Shown: positions 38,385-48,267 of the stretch, in pieces
Position numbering within the stretch: the first letter of the stretch is position 1
Layout: every line of letters starts with the position of its first letter
Origin: Gammaproteobacteria bacterium
GTDB taxonomy: Bacteria > Pseudomonadota > Gammaproteobacteria > SZUA-152
Direction of reading: 5' to 3'
NCBI GenBank assembly: GCA_024276955.1
Contig: JAJRWE010000044.1
Span: 1-52,972, forward strand
Length of the DNA stretch: 52,972 bases
Position numbers and translations under genes: made by a program
The notes under the pieces: model-generated
Told to the model about the DNA's origin: nothing
What the model saw: only the letters and a program-made list of their open reading frames with translations
Databases searched by the model: none

Positions 38385-39197
38385 TCAGGCCTCGATGGGC
38401 GTGTCGGGGCTGTTACCCCAGTCGGACCATGAACCGGGGTAGCCCTTGATGTTCGGATAGCCGAGGACTTTCAGTACATAGTAGGTCAACGCCGAGCGGT
38501 GATGGGTCTGGCAGTAGGTGATAACGGTCTTGTCGGCGGTGATACCCTTGCCTTCGAGCAGGGAGCGCAGATCCATTTCGGGCTTCAGGCGCATGTTGCG
38601 TGACTTGTCCATGACCTCGAACCAGTCGATATTAATGGCACCGGGGATGTGGCCGCCGCGTTCGGCGAATTTCTTTTTACCGCTGTATTCCTGCGGGGAA
38701 CGGGCGTCCCACAGCACCACGCCGGGGTCGTTCAGATGGCTGAGGATGTAGTCGCGGCTGGCCAACGGGGCATCAGTGATGTTGACCGGGTATTCACTCT
38801 GCGCTGGGTGGTGTGCGGTAATTTCCAGCGAGTGACCTTCGTTGGCCCAGCTGAACAGACCGCCGTTGAGCAGTGCACCTTTCTTGTGGCCGACGCAATC
38901 CAGCGTCCACAGGAGGCGCGCCGCGCGGCCACCACCTTCGTCATCGTAGGCGACGACCTGGGTTTTTGGGGTGAGGCCAATGCTGGAAAAAATATTGCCG
39001 AGGCTGGTGGCATCAGGCAGCAGGCCTGTGCGGGGTTTGTTCATACGTACGATTTGTGAGTAGTCGAGGTGCACGGCGCCGGGGATGTGGCCCTTGGCAA
39101 AGGTGTCTGGCTTGCACAGGTCAACCACCAGCAGTCCGTCGCGGCCGAGCTGCATTTCTAATTGCTCGGGTTCGATGATGAGGGGCATATTTTTCAT
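38385..39197 (-). CDS. Tandem-domain rhodanese sulfurtransferase
   Basis: GHIPGAV, VVAYDD.GG..AAR..W, DARS..EY, active loop CQTHHR, YPGSWSDW. Confidence 0.92.
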   Translation of the reverse strand: MKNMPLIIEPEQLEMQLGRDGLLVVDLCKPDTFAKGHIPGAVHLDYSQIVRMNKPRTGLLPDATSLGNIFSSIGLTPKTQVVAYDDEGGGRAARLLWTLDCVGHKKGALLNGGLFSWANEGHSLEITAHHPAQSEYPVNITDAPLASRDYILSHLNDPGVVLWDARSPQEYSGKKKFAERGGHIPGAINIDWFEVMDKSRNMRLKPEMDLRSLLEGKGITADKTVITYCQTHHRSALTYYVLKVLGYPNIKGYPGSWSDWGNSPDTPIEA

Positions 39198-40336
39198 GGG
39201 CTATCTTCTTTTCGTGACTTCACTTGTTCGGGCTCAGGGGGCTCTCCAGGTTGTGCAAGATTGTTGCCGGGGGTGATGCCGGAGAGGCGCATTTGCAGGC
39301 GCATGTTACTCATGGAATCGGCATAGGCGAGGGCGGTTTCCTCGCTGATGCGACCCTCGACATACAGCTCATAGAGCGATTGATCCATCGTGCGCATGCC
39401 GGAATTGGCGTCCTTTTCCATCACGTCCACCAGTGAGATAAAATCGCCGCGGCGGATGAGGTCGCGCACGCGCGAGGTGGAGAGCAGTAGTTCCACCGCC
39501 ACGGTGCGGCCGCCTTCGATGGTCGGCACCAGTACCTGCGAGATCACGGCCTTGACGTTCTGCGCCAGGGTGATATAGAGCAGGTCGCGCTTTTCCTGCG
39601 GGAACATGTTGACGATGCGTTCGAAGACCTGACTGGCATTGTTGGCGTGCAGGGTGGCCAGGCACAGGTGGCCGGTGTCGGAGAACTCCAGTACGTCTTC
39701 CATGATTTCATGTTCGCGGATCTCGCCGATCATCAGCATGTCCGGCGATTGCCGCAGGGCGTTGACGAGGGCCTTGTGGTAGGAGTTGGTATCGACGCCG
39801 ATTTCGCGCTGATTCACCACCGACTGCTTGTGCTGCAGGATGTATTCGATGGGGTCTTCGACGGTGATAATATGGCTGATGGTGTTGCTGTTGCGGTGGT
39901 CGATCATCGCCGCCAGGGTGGTGGACTTGCCAGCGCCGGAGGGACCGACCACCAGGATCAGGCCGCGCTTGAGCATCACCAGATCCTGCAGCATGTCGGG
40001 CACGCCCAGGGTTTCGAAACCGGGTACCTCAAAGGGTACGGCGCGGATGACCATGCTGATTTCGCCGCGCTGGTGGAAGACGTTGAAACGGAAGCGGCCG
40101 ATACCGGGCACGGTGTAGCCGAGGCTGATCTCCAGTTCTTCCTCGAAGGCCTCGGCATGCTCCTTGCGCATCACCAGTTTGGCCATCTGATCCGTCATGC
40201 CCGGGGCCAGTGGCTGAATAGGGTGGGGTTGCAGGGCGCCGTTGATACGGAAGGCGGGGGGGGATCCTGTACTCAGGAACAGATCTGAGGCGCCGCTGGA
40301 CACCATTTCTTTTAACAGTTTGGAAAGGAGCTCCAT
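39194..40336 (-). CDS. pilU: PilT/PilU-family type IV pilus ATPase (PilU-like)
   Basis: ASDLFL, GPSGAGKSTTLAAMIDHRN, EDPIE, QREIGVDT, GEIR, TGHLCLATLHANN. Confidence 0.85.
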   Translation of the reverse strand: MELLSKLLKEMVSSGASDLFLSTGSPPAFRINGALQPHPIQPLAPGMTDQMAKLVMRKEHAEAFEEELEISLGYTVPGIGRFRFNVFHQRGEISMVIRAVPFEVPGFETLGVPDMLQDLVMLKRGLILVVGPSGAGKSTTLAAMIDHRNSNTISHIITVEDPIEYILQHKQSVVNQREIGVDTNSYHKALVNALRQSPDMLMIGEIREHEIMEDVLEFSDTGHLCLATLHANNASQVFERIVNMFPQEKRDLLYITLAQNVKAVISQVLVPTIEGGRTVAVELLLSTSRVRDLIRRGDFISLVDVMEKDANSGMRTMDQSLYELYVEGRISEETALAYADSMSNMRLQMRLSGITPGNNLAQPGEPPEPEQVKSRKEDSP

Positions 40337-40542
40337 GCCGTGTTTTTTACCTTTACGTGCCGGGAGAATGGGAGCCTGGTATCGGGCGCAGGCTGAGTGT
40401 AACAACGAGTTTAACCCTTTAACAAAGAGTGTAACAAAATTTGCGGCCCGGATTGGGCTGGAGAAAGAGAGGTGGGAATTGAATCGTGCTTGGGAACGGT
40501 GTATGGCAGGGCGGGAACCCGCCGTCGTGCGAACGGGGGTGG

Positions 40543-40878
40543 TCAGGCGGTCTTTTTCAGTAGGGCTTCATGCAGGCAGATGACGTTTTCAGTCTTGCGG
40601 CACGGGCGAGTGACCGCTGACTCGGCAGGCGCTGGCGGCGGGGAAATGGAGAGAATCTCGAACTGGCTGACTGAGCCCTGAAAGGCCAGCATCAGGGTGA
40701 ATTCTTCGAGGCGGTCGAGCCCGTCGTGCAGGGCCAGTTCCAGTGCCTGGTGATCGCATTTTGAAGTACTGTTGGGGACGCCATTCACGTGACTGCTCTC
40801 GTGTGAGGTTACCAATACTTTCGGCGTTGTCACGCGGAAACTTGAGTGCGGGCTGCTGTTAGGGTGGGCATCACCCAC
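40543..40878 (-). CDS. Hypothetical small protein (doubtful)
   Basis: Fills the suhB-pilU gap on the same strand; no recognisable motif. Confidence 0.3.
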   Translation of the reverse strand: MGDAHPNSSPHSSFRVTTPKVLVTSHESSHVNGVPNSTSKCDHQALELALHDGLDRLEEFTLMLAFQGSVSQFEILSISPPPAPAESAVTRPCRKTENVICLHEALLKKTA

Positions 40879-40938
40879 CGAGCGTTCTTGCCACCAATAC
40901 TGCCTTGGTGGGCGGTGTCCCTCCTAGTAGTTTGCCGG

Positions 40939-41739
40939 TCAGCGCAGCAGGTCTTCCGTCAGGTGCGGGCGAATGGCCTGCAGGGTGGCCTTGAATACCT
41001 TGGGATTGCCGGCCACTACGTTGCCGCTGTCGAGGAACTCGTTGCCGCCACCGAAGTCGCTCACCAGCCCGCCGGCTTCCTGCACCAGCAGTGCGCCGGC
41101 GGCGGTATCCCAGGGGCTGAGACCGATTTCCCAGAAACCGTCGAGACGCCCGGCCGCCACGTAGGCCAGATCCAGCGCTGCGGAACCGGGGCGGCGGATG
41201 CCGGCGGTCATGGGGAACAGGGCGCGGAAGGTGGCCAGATAGACATCGAGGTGTTGCTGTTGCTTGAACGGAAACCCGGTGCCGAGCAGGGCGCCGTCCA
41301 GTCCGCGGCGCTTGCTGACGCGGATACGGCGGTCATTGAGTTGTGCGCCGGCGCCGCGGCTGGCGGTGAACAGCTCCTGGCGCATGGGATCGTAGACCAC
41401 CGCTTGCTCCAGCCGGCCGCGCACCTTGAGGGCGATGGAGACGGCGAACTGGGGAAAGCCATGCAGGAAATTGGTGGTGCCGTCCAGCGGGTCGATGATC
41501 CACTGGTATTCGGGGTCGCTGCCCTGCTGGCCGCTTTCCTCAGCAAGGATGCTGTGATTGGGGAAGGCGTCGCGCAGGATTTCGATGATGATCTGCTCGG
41601 CTTGCTGGTCCACCTGGCTGACGAAGTCGTTGGGGGCCTTGGTGACGATATCGAGCCGGTCGATGTCATCGGCGGAGCGGGCGATGTGATTGCCGGCACG
41701 GCGTGCGGCGCGAACCGCGATATTGAGCATGGGATGCAT
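40939..41739 (-). CDS. suhB: Inositol monophosphatase / Nus factor SuhB
   Basis: MHPMLNIAVRAARRAG, WIIDPLDGTTNF, GSAALDL, WDTAAG. Confidence 0.97.
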   Translation of the reverse strand: MHPMLNIAVRAARRAGNHIARSADDIDRLDIVTKAPNDFVSQVDQQAEQIIIEILRDAFPNHSILAEESGQQGSDPEYQWIIDPLDGTTNFLHGFPQFAVSIALKVRGRLEQAVVYDPMRQELFTASRGAGAQLNDRRIRVSKRRGLDGALLGTGFPFKQQQHLDVYLATFRALFPMTAGIRRPGSAALDLAYVAAGRLDGFWEIGLSPWDTAAGALLVQEAGGLVSDFGGGNEFLDSGNVVAGNPKVFKATLQAIRPHLTEDLLR

Positions 41740-41879
41740 AGGATTTCTGTGTTGGTTTTGCTGCGGTACAAAGGCGGCGCGACTTTAGCAGAATCGGCCC
41801 GTCATTGCACTTTTGCCGTGGCGCGAAAGCCAACGGTTTCACAAGCACGGAGACTCGGGTAAGGTGTGCGCGATGTTAA

Positions 41880-42119
41880 ACCTAGATTAATCAGTTGACC
41901 GCTTTGAGGTAAGTCTAAGTGTATGGTCATCAACGAATTCACCTGAAAGCCAGACTTCACCTGCCGGGTGAGGACGCTACGACCTGCCCAGCAGCTCTGA
42001 GTGCCCGCCTGACTATGCAAAAAAACTCGTTAAGGAACAAGGCCATTAACTCATTTTTTTGCTACGTCAGACGAACACTCAGAACCACTGGGCAGGCCGT
42101 TCAACCGATTAATCTAGGT
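41880..42119. mobile_element. 240-bp MITE inserted in the first codons of trmJ
   Basis: 19-bp terminal inverted repeats ACCTAGATTAATC(A/G)GTTGA (18/19), flanked by TAA/TGA, long internal hairpin, no transposase. Confidence 0.85.
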
Positions 42120-42847
42120 TGAACAGAGTCAGAATCGTCTTGGTGGATACCTCCCACCCCGGGAACATCGGCGCGGTGGCGCGGGCGATGAAGAATATGT
42201 GCCTGAGCCAGCTGTATTTGGTGCAGCCACAGCAGTTTCCCCATGCCGAGGCGACGGCGCGCGCATCTGGCGCCGATGATCTGCTGGCCTCGGCGGTGGT
42301 GTGTGATTCGCTACCGGATGCGCTGGCGGGTTGTGGGTTGGTGGTGGGCGCCAGTGCGCGCCTGCGGCACCTGAAGTTGCCTCAGTGGGATCCGCGCCAG
42401 TGTGCCGAGCGGGTGGTCGAAGAGGCCCGGCAGCGGGACGTGGCGATCCTTTTTGGTCGCGAGCACTCTGGGCTGACCAATGAAGAACTGGCACTGTGCC
42501 ATTATCTGATGCACATCCCCAGCAATCCCGACTACAGCTCGCTGAACATCGCCGCCGCCGTGCAGGTGATGACCTACGAGCTGCAGATGGCGAGTCGCGA
42601 GCCGGGCGAGGCGACGAGCGAGGAAGAATCGGAGCCGCCGGCCAGCGCCGAGGAAATGGAGCGTTTTTATGCCCACCTGCGTGAGACCCTGGTGGATATC
42701 GGCTTTCTCAACCCGGACAACCCGCGAGTGATGATGCGCCGTCTGCGGCGCCTGTTTAATCGCGCCCGTCCCAATCAGGTGGAGATGAATATTCTCCGTG
42801 GCATTCTTACCGCCAGCCAGAAGCCGCGTCCGCGGCCACAAAAATAA
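42119..42847 (+). CDS. trmJ: tRNA C32/U32 2'-O-methyltransferase (SPOUT)
   Basis: RIVLVDTSHPGNIGAVARAMKNM, FGREHSGLTNEEL, YSSLN, ILRGIL. Native ATG appears displaced to 41873. Confidence 0.92.
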   Translation: MNRVRIVLVDTSHPGNIGAVARAMKNMCLSQLYLVQPQQFPHAEATARASGADDLLASAVVCDSLPDALAGCGLVVGASARLRHLKLPQWDPRQCAERVVEEARQRDVAILFGREHSGLTNEELALCHYLMHIPSNPDYSSLNIAAAVQVMTYELQMASREPGEATSEEESEPPASAEEMERFYAHLRETLVDIGFLNPDNPRVMMRRLRRLFNRARPNQVEMNILRGILTASQKPRPRPQK

Positions 42848-42941
42848 TTTCGCAGTTATATATGGGGGCATTATACTCCTGTTCAGCCTACCTTCAGGGT
42901 AGGGTATTACTGTTGATATGTTGAGTGTTTCAGACGGGAAC

Positions 42942-43766
42942 ATGTTTAAACAGATTCGTGAAGACATCCGCTGCGTGTTTGACCGCGACCCGGCGGCACG
43001 CACCATTTTCGAGGTGCTGACCACCTACCCGGGGGTGCACGCGCTGATGTTCCATCGCCTGAGTCATGGCCTCTGGCGCCTGGGGTTGCGCTGGCTGGCG
43101 CGCTGGATTTCCGCCCTCAGCCGCTGGCTGACGGGTATCGAGATTCACCCCGGCGCCAGCATCGGCCAGCGCTTTTTCATCGATCACGGCATGGGTGTGG
43201 TGATCGGCGAGACGGCGGAAATCGGTGATGACTGCACCCTCTATCATGGTGTCACCCTGGGTGGCACCAGCTGGGAGAGGGGCAAGCGCCACCCCACCCT
43301 GGGCAACAACGTGGTGGTAGGCGCCGGTGCCAAGGTATTGGGGCCGATTATCCTCGGCGACGGCGTGCGGGTAGGCTCCAATTCGGTAGTCGTGAAGGAC
43401 GTGTTGTCCGGCGCCACCGTGGTGGGCGTGCCGGGGCGAGTGGTCTGCCCGGATCGTTCCGAGGCCGAGCGACGCCGCCACGCCACCGCGCAGAAGCTGG
43501 GTTTCGACGCCTACGGCGCTACCCAGGATGCGCCGGACCCGGTGGCCAATGCCATCAACAGCCTGCTGGATCATGTGCATGTCATGGACAGCAAGATGGA
43601 AACCATGTGCGCTGCGCTCAAGCGCCTGGATGCCGAATATGCGGATGTTGCCCTGCCTGAGCTGGGCGATTGCAGCATTTCGGATGCTATCGCAGAGGTA
43701 GAGGATGTTACCGAAGAGATGGACGGCGCGGATGCAAAGCGCGAAAGACTGGACGAGCCGAATTAA
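42942..43766 (+). CDS. cysE: Serine O-acetyltransferase
   Basis: [35 protein letters not shown]. Confidence 0.96.
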   Translation: MFKQIREDIRCVFDRDPAARTIFEVLTTYPGVHALMFHRLSHGLWRLGLRWLARWISALSRWLTGIEIHPGASIGQRFFIDHGMGVVIGETAEIGDDCTLYHGVTLGGTSWERGKRHPTLGNNVVVGAGAKVLGPIILGDGVRVGSNSVVVKDVLSGATVVGVPGRVVCPDRSEAERRRHATAQKLGFDAYGATQDAPDPVANAINSLLDHVHVMDSKMETMCAALKRLDAEYADVALPELGDCSISDAIAEVEDVTEEMDGADAKRERLDEPN

Positions 43767-43818
43767 CTTGACTTTATTGCTTGGTTATAGATAATAACCA
43801 ACCAGCTAGGTAAGGTAT
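43764..43818. promoter_or_regulatory. Two type-1 IscR-like boxes
   Basis: TAACTTGACTTTATTGCTTGGTTAT and ATAACCAACCAGCTAGGTAAGGTAT, 25-bp imperfect palindromes upstream of iscR. Confidence 0.6.
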
Positions 43819-43930
43819 TGGTTCGGTCAAGCGAAGGGGGCGCACATTGCTTGTGTTGCCCGGTTAATCACAAGGGACAGGCATGCGGTAAGTGCCGGGC
43901 CTGATGTTAAATGCCGCAGGAGAGAGATTG

Positions 43931-44386
43931 ATGAGACTGACAACCAAGGGTCGTTACGCCGTAACCGCAATGCTGGATCTGGCGCTGCACGCCACCGATC
44001 GACCGATTACGCTGGCGGATATCTCCCAGCGCCAGGGTATCTCCCTGTCCTATCTGGAACAGCTGTTTTCCCGTCTGCGCAAACAGGGGCTGGTGATCAG
44101 CGCCCGTGGGCCGGGCGGCGGCTACCGTCTGAGCCGTGCCGCCGATGAAATCAATGTGGCGGCCGTCATCACCGCGGTGGATGAAAAGGTTCACGTTACC
44201 AAGTGTGAAGGACGCGGCGACTGCCAGAATGGCGAGGCCTGCCTGACCCACGAACTGTGGTGTGATCTCAGCGCGCAGATCTACAACTTCCTCGATAGCA
44301 TCACCCTGGGTCAGCTGGTGAAGCGCGAGTTCGTACAGGAAGTCAATCAGCGCCAGGAACGGCAGGTTGCCGGCCTGCGGGGCTGA
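43931..44386 (+). CDS. iscR: Fe-S cluster regulator IscR
   Basis: [29 protein letters not shown]-x5-C-x5-CLTH. Confidence 0.97.
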   Translation: MRLTTKGRYAVTAMLDLALHATDRPITLADISQRQGISLSYLEQLFSRLRKQGLVISARGPGGGYRLSRAADEINVAAVITAVDEKVHVTKCEGRGDCQNGEACLTHELWCDLSAQIYNFLDSITLGQLVKREFVQEVNQRQERQVAGLRG

Positions 44387-44408
44387 ATTCCACTAGTGGA
44401 GAAGCGGT

Positions 44409-45560
44409 ATGGCGATCTATCTGGATCACAACGCGACCACCGCGCTCGACGAGCGCGTGTTGCAGGCCATGCTGCCGTATCTGCGCGAGGAATACGGCAA
44501 CCCGTCCAGCCTCCACCAGCCGGGCCGCCGCGCCCGCGCGGCGCTGGACACGGCCCGCGAACAGGTAGCGGTGCTGGTCAACGCACACCCCTCGCAAGTG
44601 GTATTTACCAGCGGTGGCACCGAGGCCAATAATCTGGCCCTCAAGGGCGTGGCCGCGCACCGCGCCCCCGGTCTGCTGGCGCTGAGTGCCGCCGAGCACG
44701 CCTCGGTGATGGCTCCGGCGCAGGTTTTGGCCCGTCAGGGCTGGCAGCTGGAGCAGGTGGCGCTGGATGGCAGCGGCCGGCTGGATGGCGATTCGCTGCA
44801 GAGCGTTTTTGACAGTTGCCCGGCCCTGCTGGCGCTGATGATGGCCAATAATGAGACCGGTGTGCTGTTCGACGTCGCCGGCGTGGCAGCGGCGATCCGC
44901 GAGGCAGACACGGTACTGTTGGTCGACGCGGTGCAGGCAGTGGGTAAGCTGCCGGTTGATTTTGCCGCCAGCGGCGCCCATTTAATGAGTCTGTCGGCGC
45001 ACAAGATCTATGGCCCCAAGGGCATCGGTGCGCTGATTGTCGACAAGGCGCTGGACATCGAGCCGCTGCTGCACGGTGGCGGACAGGAAAAGGGCCGCCG
45101 CGCCGGCACCGAGAATGTCGCCGCCATCGCCGGTTTCGGCAAAGCGGCGGAGCTGGCGTTGGCCGAGTTGCAGCAGCGGCGTACACACATGCGCGAACTG
45201 CAGCGGCACCTGGAGCAGCGCCTGCGGGCGGAGATACCGAAGATTGTGCTGTTTGGCGCGGAGGCGGAACGCCTGCCGAACACCACCTATTTCGCCATTC
45301 CTGGTATCGATGGCGAGACCCTGCTCGGGACCCTCGACCAGGCCGGGATGGCGGTGGCCAGCGGCTCCGCCTGCGGCAGCGGCGACGTCGAGCCCAGTCA
45401 TGTGCTGTTGGCCATGGGCGTGGACCGCACCCTGGCCAGTGCCGCGATACGCGCCAGCCTGGGCAAGGATTCACGCCGCGAGGAGATCGACACCTTCGTC
45501 GACCGGCTCAAGGCGCAGATGAAGACATTACAGAGTTTCGGCTCTCTGGCCTGTGCCTGA
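44409..45560 (+). CDS. Cysteine desulfurase, second IscS/NifS-like paralogue
   Basis: [34 protein letters not shown]. Confidence 0.92.
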   Translation: MAIYLDHNATTALDERVLQAMLPYLREEYGNPSSLHQPGRRARAALDTAREQVAVLVNAHPSQVVFTSGGTEANNLALKGVAAHRAPGLLALSAAEHASVMAPAQVLARQGWQLEQVALDGSGRLDGDSLQSVFDSCPALLALMMANNETGVLFDVAGVAAAIREADTVLLVDAVQAVGKLPVDFAASGAHLMSLSAHKIYGPKGIGALIVDKALDIEPLLHGGGQEKGRRAGTENVAAIAGFGKAAELALAELQQRRTHMRELQRHLEQRLRAEIPKIVLFGAEAERLPNTTYFAIPGIDGETLLGTLDQAGMAVASGSACGSGDVEPSHVLLAMGVDRTLASAAIRASLGKDSRREEIDTFVDRLKAQMKTLQSFGSLACA

Positions 45561-45611
45561 GTTGCCGTCGACAAACGAAATTGCAGGCTATTGCAGGATC
45601 AAGGGGTACCG

Positions 45612-46838
45612 ATGAGTAGTACAAGAAAGCGTCCTATCTACATGGATTACGCGGCCACCACGCCGATGGATCCGCGCGTCGCCGAAAAGCTGAACCAGTT
45701 TCTGACCCCGGACGGCGAGTTCGGCAACCCGGCCTCACGTTCTCATGTCTATGGCTGGCACGCCGAAGAGGCCGTGGAGACGGCGCGCAAGCAGGTTGCC
45801 GATCTGGTCAATGCCAACCCCAAAGAGATCGTCTGGACCTCCGGTGCCACCGAGTCCGATAACCTGGCCATCAAGGGCGTGGCGCATTTCCATGTCAAAA
45901 AGGGCAAGCACATCGTCACCAGCAAGACCGAGCACAAGGCGGTGCTGGACAGCTGCCGCCAGCTGGAGCGCGAAGGCTTCGAGGTCACCTATCTCGATCC
46001 CGAGCCCAACGGCCTCATCGACCTGGGCAAGCTGGAGGCGGCACTGCGCGACGACACCATCCTGGTGTCCATCATGCATGTCAACAACGAGCTGGGGATT
46101 ATTCAGGACATCGCCGCCATCGGCGAGCTGACGCGCGCGCGCAAGATCCTGTTTCATGTCTACGCCGCACAAAGCGCCGGCAAGCTGCCCATCGACCTGT
46201 CGACCCTGAAGGTGGATCTGATGTCCTTCTCCGGGCACAAGATATACGGCCCCAAGGGCATCGGCGCCCTCTATGTGCGCCGTAAGCCGCGCGTGCGCCT
46301 GGAGGCGCAGATGCACGGCGGTGGCCACGAGCGCGGCATGCGTTCCGGTACCCTGGCCACCCACCAGATCGCCGCCATGGGTGAGGCCTTTCGTATAGCC
46401 AATGAGGAGATGGCGGCCGAGCAGGCCCGTCTCAGCGCCCTGCGTGATCGCCTGTATAATGGCCTCAAGGATATGGAAGAGGTCTACGTCAATGGCGACC
46501 TTGAGCATGGCGTGCCCAATGTGCTCAATATCAGTTTCAATTTTGTCGAGGGTGAATCGCTGATCATGGCGCTGAAGGATTTGGCGGTGTCGTCCGGTTC
46601 CGCCTGCACCTCGGCCAGCCTGGAGCCGTCCTACGTGTTGCGCGCCCTGGGCCGCAGTGACGAGCTGGCGCACAGTTCCATCCGCTTCAGCATCGGCCGC
46701 TTTACCACCGAGGAAGAGGTCGACGACACCATAGAATACGTGCGCGGGGCCATCGGCAAGCTGCGCGAACTGTCCCCGCTGTGGGACATGTACAAAGACG
46801 GCATCGGCCTGTCGCAGGTCAAATGGGCGGCGCACTAG
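45612..46838 (+). CDS. iscS: Cysteine desulfurase IscS
   Basis: [56 protein letters not shown]. Confidence 0.96.
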   Translation: MSSTRKRPIYMDYAATTPMDPRVAEKLNQFLTPDGEFGNPASRSHVYGWHAEEAVETARKQVADLVNANPKEIVWTSGATESDNLAIKGVAHFHVKKGKHIVTSKTEHKAVLDSCRQLEREGFEVTYLDPEPNGLIDLGKLEAALRDDTILVSIMHVNNELGIIQDIAAIGELTRARKILFHVYAAQSAGKLPIDLSTLKVDLMSFSGHKIYGPKGIGALYVRRKPRVRLEAQMHGGGHERGMRSGTLATHQIAAMGEAFRIANEEMAAEQARLSALRDRLYNGLKDMEEVYVNGDLEHGVPNVLNISFNFVEGESLIMALKDLAVSSGSACTSASLEPSYVLRALGRSDELAHSSIRFSIGRFTTEEEVDDTIEYVRGAIGKLRELSPLWDMYKDGIGLSQVKWAAH

Positions 46839-46910
46839 TGACATGACACTGGGGCCTTTCCCCGGCACTCCGCAAGCCGCGCAAACGAACAGATAGAGAG
46901 GTAAGACATC

Positions 46911-47321
46911 ATGGCATACAGTGACAAGGTCCTGGACCATTACGAAAATCCCCGCAACGTCGGCAACATGGATGCCGAGGATGAGAACGTCGGTACCGGC
47001 ATGGTGGGTGCGCCTGCCTGCGGCGATGTGATGCGCCTGCAGATCAAGGTCAACGATGAGGGCGTCATCGAGGACGCGCGCTTCAAGACCTACGGCTGCG
47101 GTTCGGCCATCGCCTCCAGCTCCCTGCTCACCGAGTGGGTGAAGGGCAAGACCCTGGATGAGGCCGGCAAGATCAAGAACACCGAGCTGGCCGAAGAGTT
47201 GGCCCTGCCGCCGGTGAAGATCCACTGCTCGGTGCTGGCCGAGGACGCCATCAAGGCGGCTATTGATTACTTCCGTGGCAAGCAGGGTGGCAAACAGGGC
47301 GACAAGGCCGAGTCGGCCTGA
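46911..47321 (+). CDS. iscU: Fe-S scaffold IscU
   Basis: [38 protein letters not shown]. Confidence 0.97.
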   Translation: MAYSDKVLDHYENPRNVGNMDAEDENVGTGMVGAPACGDVMRLQIKVNDEGVIEDARFKTYGCGSAIASSSLLTEWVKGKTLDEAGKIKNTELAEELALPPVKIHCSVLAEDAIKAAIDYFRGKQGGKQGDKAESA

Positions 47322-47335
47322 GGCGGCAAGCAGCT

Positions 47336-47659
47336 ATGGCAATTACACTGACCGACGCCGCCGCCGCGCGTATCAAGGCTTTTCTCGAAAACCGCGGCAG
47401 CGGCTGTGGCCTGCGCCTGGGGGTGAAGACCAGCGGCTGCTCCGGCATGGCCTACGTGCTGGAATTCGCCGACCAGGCCGAGACGGAAGACGCGGTGTTC
47501 GAGGATAGAGGCGTGAAGATCATCATCGACCCCAAGAGCCTGGTGTATCTTGACGGCACCGAGCTGGACTACGCCAAAGAGGGGCTGAATGAAGGCTTCA
47601 AGTTCAATAACCCGAACGTCAAGGACAGCTGCGGCTGCGGCGAAAGCTTTACCGTTTGA
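47336..47659 (+). CDS. iscA: Fe-S carrier IscA
   Basis: [20 protein letters not shown]. Confidence 0.96.
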   Translation: MAITLTDAAAARIKAFLENRGSGCGLRLGVKTSGCSGMAYVLEFADQAETEDAVFEDRGVKIIIDPKSLVYLDGTELDYAKEGLNEGFKFNNPNVKDSCGCGESFTV

Positions 47660-48204
47660 TGCAATCCGGCGATCTTATTAGCGACTACTTCGAGTTATTC
47701 GCCCTGCCGGTGTCCTTCGATATCGACGGCGCGGCACTCTCCGAACGTTACCGCGAACTGCAGCGCGCTGTGCACCCGGATAGGTTCGTCAATGCCGCGG
47801 ATGCCGAGCGGCGCCTGTCCATGCAGCTGGCCACGCGTGTCAACGAGGGTTTTCGGACGCTGAAAGATCCGCTGGCGCGCGCCCGCTATCTGCTCGAACT
47901 CAAGGGCGTTGCCCTCGACGACACCGACACGCGCCTCGACGGTGGCTTCCTGATGCAGCAGATGGAGCTGCGAGAGCGCATGGACGCGATGAAAGGCGCG
48001 GCCGATGCCGAGCAGCGTCTGCACAGGCTGCGCGACGACATCCGCACGCTGGAGCGCCAGCTGATGGACGAGCTGTCCTCGCTGTTCGCCGACGGCTCGC
48101 CGCAGGCCCTGCAGCAGGCGCGCGATGCGAGCCGAAAATTACAGTTTTTCCACCGTCTCGGCGAAGAGCTGGCCCAGTTGGAAGACGAACTGGCCATGTC
48201 CTGA
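47659..48204 (+). CDS. hscB: Co-chaperone HscB
   Basis: DYFELF, HPD, FLMQQMELRE. Confidence 0.95.
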   Translation: MQSGDLISDYFELFALPVSFDIDGAALSERYRELQRAVHPDRFVNAADAERRLSMQLATRVNEGFRTLKDPLARARYLLELKGVALDDTDTRLDGGFLMQQMELRERMDAMKGAADAEQRLHRLRDDIRTLERQLMDELSSLFADGSPQALQQARDASRKLQFFHRLGEELAQLEDELAMS

Positions 48205-48267
48205 GCCACGGCGCTTTTTCTGACGACAAGCTTTCGCCAACAACCAGCCGATAAATTTGTAAACACT

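Noticed and set aside
45735-47225. 496-aa minus-strand ORF, and similar shadows over glnS, mutS, suhB, dsbC and hscA
   Set aside because: Fully antisense to well-supported genes.
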